Below, piece by piece: positions 60,983-64,000 of a DNA stretch of 64,000 bases (position 1 is the first letter of the stretch; each line of letters begins with the position of its first letter). The notes below the pieces were generated by a model, which was given only the letters and a program-made list of their open reading frames with translations, made no database searches and was not told where the DNA came from. A program made the position numbers and the translations under genes. The stretch comes from a virus. Where the stretch lies: the IMG/VR virus record IMGVR_UViG_3300020578_000011. The stretch is one strand, 5' to 3'.

Positions 60983-61058
60983 TGGTAGGCCCGGGTGGAA
61001 TTGAACCACCTACCAACTGCTTATAAGGCAGCTGCTCTGACCGGTGAGCTACGGGCCT
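60983..61058 (-). tRNA. tRNA-Ile, anticodon TAT (UAU), with encoded CCA
   Basis: AGGCCCG acceptor / GCTC D-arm / GCTGC-CTTATAA-GCAGT anticodon arm / GGTGG-TTCAATT-CCACC T-arm / CGGGCCT-A-CCA. Confidence 0.9.
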
Positions 61059-61098
61059 ATTTATCTTTTACTCATTGAAGTAATCAATAAGTAATTCA

Positions 61099-61401
61099 TT
61101 AAGCATAAATATCTTCAGGTTCTTGAAACCAAAAATCTTCTTCTACTGCTTTATAATATTCGTTGTACATATCTTCAAGACAATCATGATCTTCTGCATA
61201 AACCACATTGCCTGCATTGTATAGTTCTTCGATGCCATCTGTTCTTAAGACTTCATTTCTAATCTCATCCAAAAATCTTGCACTTGCCTGGTCAATGTGT
61301 CCGCTTGTTACATAATCTTGAAATTTATTTTCTGGATTATAAGGAACACACAATGTTCTTGTTGCATAGCTCATTAATTCATAAGCAATACTTCTTTTCA
61401 T
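61099..61401 (-). CDS. Hypothetical acidic protein
   Basis: SD AAGGAGG; TCCGATTCTA at 61427-61436. Confidence 0.65.
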   Translation of the reverse strand: MKRSIAYELMSYATRTLCVPYNPENKFQDYVTSGHIDQASARFLDEIRNEVLRTDGIEELYNAGNVVYAEDHDCLEDMYNEYYKAVEEDFWFQEPEDIYA

Positions 61402-61460
61402 ATATCCTCCTTCTTATGAAGAAAAATAGAATCGGATTTTACTAATGAGCTAATAATGAA

Positions 61461-61583
61461 TTATTTATTTACTGGATTTTTTATAGCAATTTTTTTGTTA
61501 CCAATTTTAACAACTACTACGTTGATTTTGCCTTCTTTTTTAGAATCTTGGACAATGCCTTTTCTAAATTGCTGACGTGCCAT
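61461..61583 (-). CDS. 40-aa basic peptide (not in ORF track)
   Basis: MARQQFRKGIVQDSKKEGKINVVVVKIGNKKIAIKNPVNK; SD AAGGA. Confidence 0.5.
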   Translation of the reverse strand: MARQQFRKGIVQDSKKEGKINVVVVKIGNKKIAIKNPVNK

Positions 61584-61592
61584 TTTGTATCC

Positions 61593-61817
61593 TTAATAAG
61601 TTAAATTTAATAATTTACCAATCATAACTAAAACAGGATGCTCTGCTTGCATGCAGACTGGGACTAAAAAACCAGGAATCCCAGGAAAGTCATCTATACA
61701 TTTCTCTGCAGCATGTAGTAAAAATTGATAACCCACATACGCCATGAGTTTTGTAAAAACAATTCCAGATAAAAAGCATAATACATATTTTTTCAAAGGT
61801 CTCATTAAGATCTCCAT
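61593..61817 (-). CDS. Small membrane protein
   Basis: Hydrophobic helices. Confidence 0.5.
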   Translation of the reverse strand: MEILMRPLKKYVLCFLSGIVFTKLMAYVGYQFLLHAAEKCIDDFPGIPGFLVPVCMQAEHPVLVMIGKLLNLTY

Positions 61818-61882
61818 ATATCTAATTCAAATAAATTATACTTTCTATATCTATGTGTTTTGGGTAGTCTTTCATGGTAGAA

Positions 61883-62041
61883 TTAACTTTTTAAATTACC
61901 ACGTTTAAGACGATGGCGAATTAGATTATATAGAAATCTACTTATTTCAACTGCAAAACCGATAAAGATCATGTATAAACAAACTTTTAACAGTAAAAAA
62001 GATATTCCCACAAAGTTTATAATATAAACAAAAACTTCCAT
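61883..62041 (-). CDS. Small hydrophobic membrane peptide (52 aa, not in ORF track)
   Basis: MEVFVYIINFVGISFLLLKV...; SD GAGGG. Confidence 0.45.
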   Translation of the reverse strand: MEVFVYIINFVGISFLLLKVCLYMIFIGFAVEISRFLYNLIRHRLKRGNLKS

Positions 62042-62049
62042 AAATACCC

Positions 62050-62112
62050 TTAATATATGGTAAAAAAATAAACTATTACCAATATGAGTCCTATTAAAAA
62101 CAACTCGTCCAT
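62050..62112 (-). CDS. 20-aa single-TM peptide
   Basis: MDELFLIGLILVIVYFFTIY, directly downstream of the motif at 62126-62135. Confidence 0.4.
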   Translation of the reverse strand: MDELFLIGLILVIVYFFTIY

Positions 62113-62125
62113 ATTTATCTCTTAT

Positions 62126-62165
62126 AAGAATCGGAAATATATTAAACCATTTGCTATGATATATT
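62126..62165. promoter_or_regulatory. Back-to-back divergent promoters: TCCGATTCTT (- strand) and TGATATATT (+ strand)
   Basis: Located at the strand switch between the early block and the collagen gene. Confidence 0.65.
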
Positions 62166-62189
62166 TATTATACATACATTGAGGCAAAT

Positions 62190-64000
62190 ATGGCATATTT
62201 ATCTAATAAATTAAAAAGAAGAATAGTTATTGCCGTTACCAGTGAGAAATATGGTAAAGAATTGATAGATGCCATAGAGGGCGTGTCAAGTAGCAGTGTC
62301 GGTCCACAAGGTCCGCAGGGCGAACAAGGTCCAATTGGGCCGCAAGGGATTCAGGGAATTCAAGGTCTCACTGGCCTACAGGGTGTCCAGGGCCCCAAGG
62401 GAGATCAGGGCGTTCAAGGACCACAAGGTTTACAAGGAGAGACTGGTGCAGCATTAACTGTTATGGGATCATATAACACTTTACAAGATTTTTTAAGTGG
62501 GGCTGGTAGTTTAGCTGGGGACCCTGGTGAAGCTTGGATAATATCATCAGATGGTTCTTTATATGTTTGGAATGTTTATACTTATTCGTGGACAAATGCA
62601 GGATCGATTCAAGGACCTCAAGGCCCACAGGGTCTGCAGGGGATTCAGGGACCAAGTGGAGCACAAGGCGCACAAGGTGAAGTTGGCCCACAAGGTCTTC
62701 AAGGTGAACAAGGCGTCCAAGGTCTCAAGGGCGATAAAGGCGATCAAGGCGACGTTGGTTCAACTGGTCCTCAAGGAACTCAAGGTCCTCAAGGTCCTCA
62801 AGGGCCTCAGGGAATTCAAGGTATTCAAGGTATTCAAGGTGCCACTGGTCTTCAAGGTGCCAAGGGTGACAAGGGCGACCAAGGAGAAGTAGGTCCTCAA
62901 GGTCCTCAAGGTCCTCAAGGTATTCAAGGCGCTACTGGTCTTCAAGGTGCCAAAGGCGATAAGGGTGATCAAGGTAACGTTGGCTCAGCAGGAGACAGGT
63001 ACCACACCACTTCGTCGTCGTCGTTTACTATTCAAAACAGTGGTCAGTTTACAGTAACTACAGATGATTTAGATTTAGACTATTCTATAGCTCAAACTGT
63101 GATTTTGGCCTATGATGCCAATAATCACCAACATGCTTCTGTCGTTAGTTACAACCCGTCGACTGGCGAGTTGGCACTAGACAGAACAGATTCTAGTGGC
63201 GCTGGTACTTATAGTAGTTGGAGTATTAATTTAAGTGGAGCTGTCGGTATCAAGGGCGATAAGGGCGACCAAGGAGAAGTAGGTCCTCAAGGTCCTCAAG
63301 GTCCCCAAGGCCCTCAAGGTGTTCAAGGTGCCACTGGTCTTCAAGGCGCCAAGGGCGATAAGGGCGACCAAGGAGAAGTAGGTCCTCAAGGTCCTCAAGG
63401 CCCTCAAGGTACCCAGGGCGCCAAGGGCGACCAGGGCGACACAGGTCCTCAAGGTGCTCAAGGCGACACAGGCCCTCAAGGCCCTCAAGGCCCTCAAGGT
63501 GTTCAAGGTGCCACTGGTCTTCAAGGCACCAAGGGTGATAAGGGCGATCAGGGCGACACAGGTCCTCAGGGCGATCAGGGTGACACAGGTCCTCAAGGCC
63601 CTCAAGGTGTCCAGGGTGCTCAAGGTGTCCAGGGTGCTCAAGGTGTCCAGGGTGCCAAGGGCGACCAGGGTGATAAGGGAGATCAGGGAGACACAGGTCC
63701 TCAAGGTCCTCAAGGCCCTCAAGGCCCTCAAGGTGTCCAGGGTGCTCAAGGTGCCACTGGTCTTCAAGGTACCAAGGGTGATAAGGGCGATCAAGGAGAA
63801 GTAGGCCCTCAAGGCCCTCAGGGTCCTCAAGGTACTAAGGGAGATCAGGGCGACACAGGTCCTCAAGGTGCTCAAGGCGACACAGGCCCTCAAGGTACCC
63901 AGGGTGCCCAGGGCGATAAGGGCGACCAAGGAGAAGTAGGTCCTCAAGGTCCTCAAGGTCCTCAAGGCCCTCAAGGCCCTCAAGGTCCGCAAGGTGCCCA
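62190..64000 (+). CDS. Collagen-like fibre protein (3' truncated; not in ORF track)
   Basis: ATG 62190 after GAGG; open to the window end; long G-X-Y tracts; GDRYHTTS...WSINL.GA domain. Confidence 0.9.
   Translation, partial: MAYLSNKLKRRIVIAVTSEKYGKELIDAIEGVSSSSVGPQGPQGEQGPIGPQGIQGIQGLTGLQGVQGPKGDQGVQGPQGLQGETGAALTVMGSYNTLQDFLSGAGSLAGDPGEAWIISSDGSLYVWNVYTYSWTNAGSIQGPQGPQGLQGIQGPSGAQGAQGEVGPQGLQGEQGVQGLKGDKGDQGDVGSTGPQGTQGPQGPQGPQGIQGIQGIQGATGLQGAKGDKGDQGEVGPQGPQGPQGIQGATGLQGAKGDKGDQGNVGSAGDRYHTTSSSSFTIQNSGQFTVTTDDLDLDYSIAQTVILAYDANNHQHASVVSYNPSTGELALDRTDSSGAGTYSSWSINLSGAVGIKGDKGDQGEVGPQGPQGPQGPQGVQGATGLQGAKGDKGDQGEVGPQGPQGPQGTQGAKGDQGDTGPQGAQGDTGPQGPQGPQGVQGATGLQGTKGDKGDQGDTGPQGDQGDTGPQGPQGVQGAQGVQGAQGVQGAKGDQGDKGDQGDTGPQGPQGPQGPQGVQGAQGATGLQGTKGDKGDQGEVGPQGPQGPQGTKGDQGDTGPQGAQGDTGPQGTQGAQGDKGDQGEVGPQGPQGPQGPQGPQGPQGA

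Noticed and set aside
62461-63992. ORF-track calls in the last 1.6 kb
   Set aside because: Shadows of the real collagen gene starting at 62190, which the track misses because it has no stop in the window
1-64000. Genome-wide stop-codon reassignment
   Set aside because: Conserved enzymes are intact in code 11 and TGA/TAG end genes normally (for example ATGA overlaps); only two isolated interruptions, of different codons

Overview
This window is a 64-kb AT-rich fragment of a large tailed phage, probably a myovirus; the capsid C-terminus and neck protein resemble the SPO1/Twort/A511 type. The + strand from 1-29990 is a late/structural block: end of the major capsid gene, putative internal-head polyproteins, a sigma-region-2 protein, a neck protein, Mtd_N and collagen fibres, and two beta-propeller adhesins. 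The - strand from 29987-62112 is an early/middle block covering nucleotide metabolism (ThyA-fold with a dCMP-type Asp, ThyX, a degenerate ThyX, two deaminases, IMPDH/GMPR, NrdAB), DNA ligase, MoxR AAA + VWA, a lipoprotein lytic transglycosylase, a TAA1/alliinase-like PLP enzyme and tRNA-Ile(UAU). Three isolated + strand genes sit inside that block (two ClpP-like, one small structural), and a second collagen fibre gene starts at 62190 and runs off the window. The main candidate for a new system is transcriptional. A strand-specific 10-mer, TCCGATTCTA (resembling a sigma28 -10 box, no conserved -35), lies 13-31 nt upstream of about 11 early-block start codons. Structural genes instead carry sigma70-like extended -10 boxes. 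A FliA-like sigma region-2-only protein is encoded among the putative internal head proteins, suggesting a virion-delivered minimal sigma factor that starts early transcription. All assignments come from motif recognition by eye; no database searches were run.
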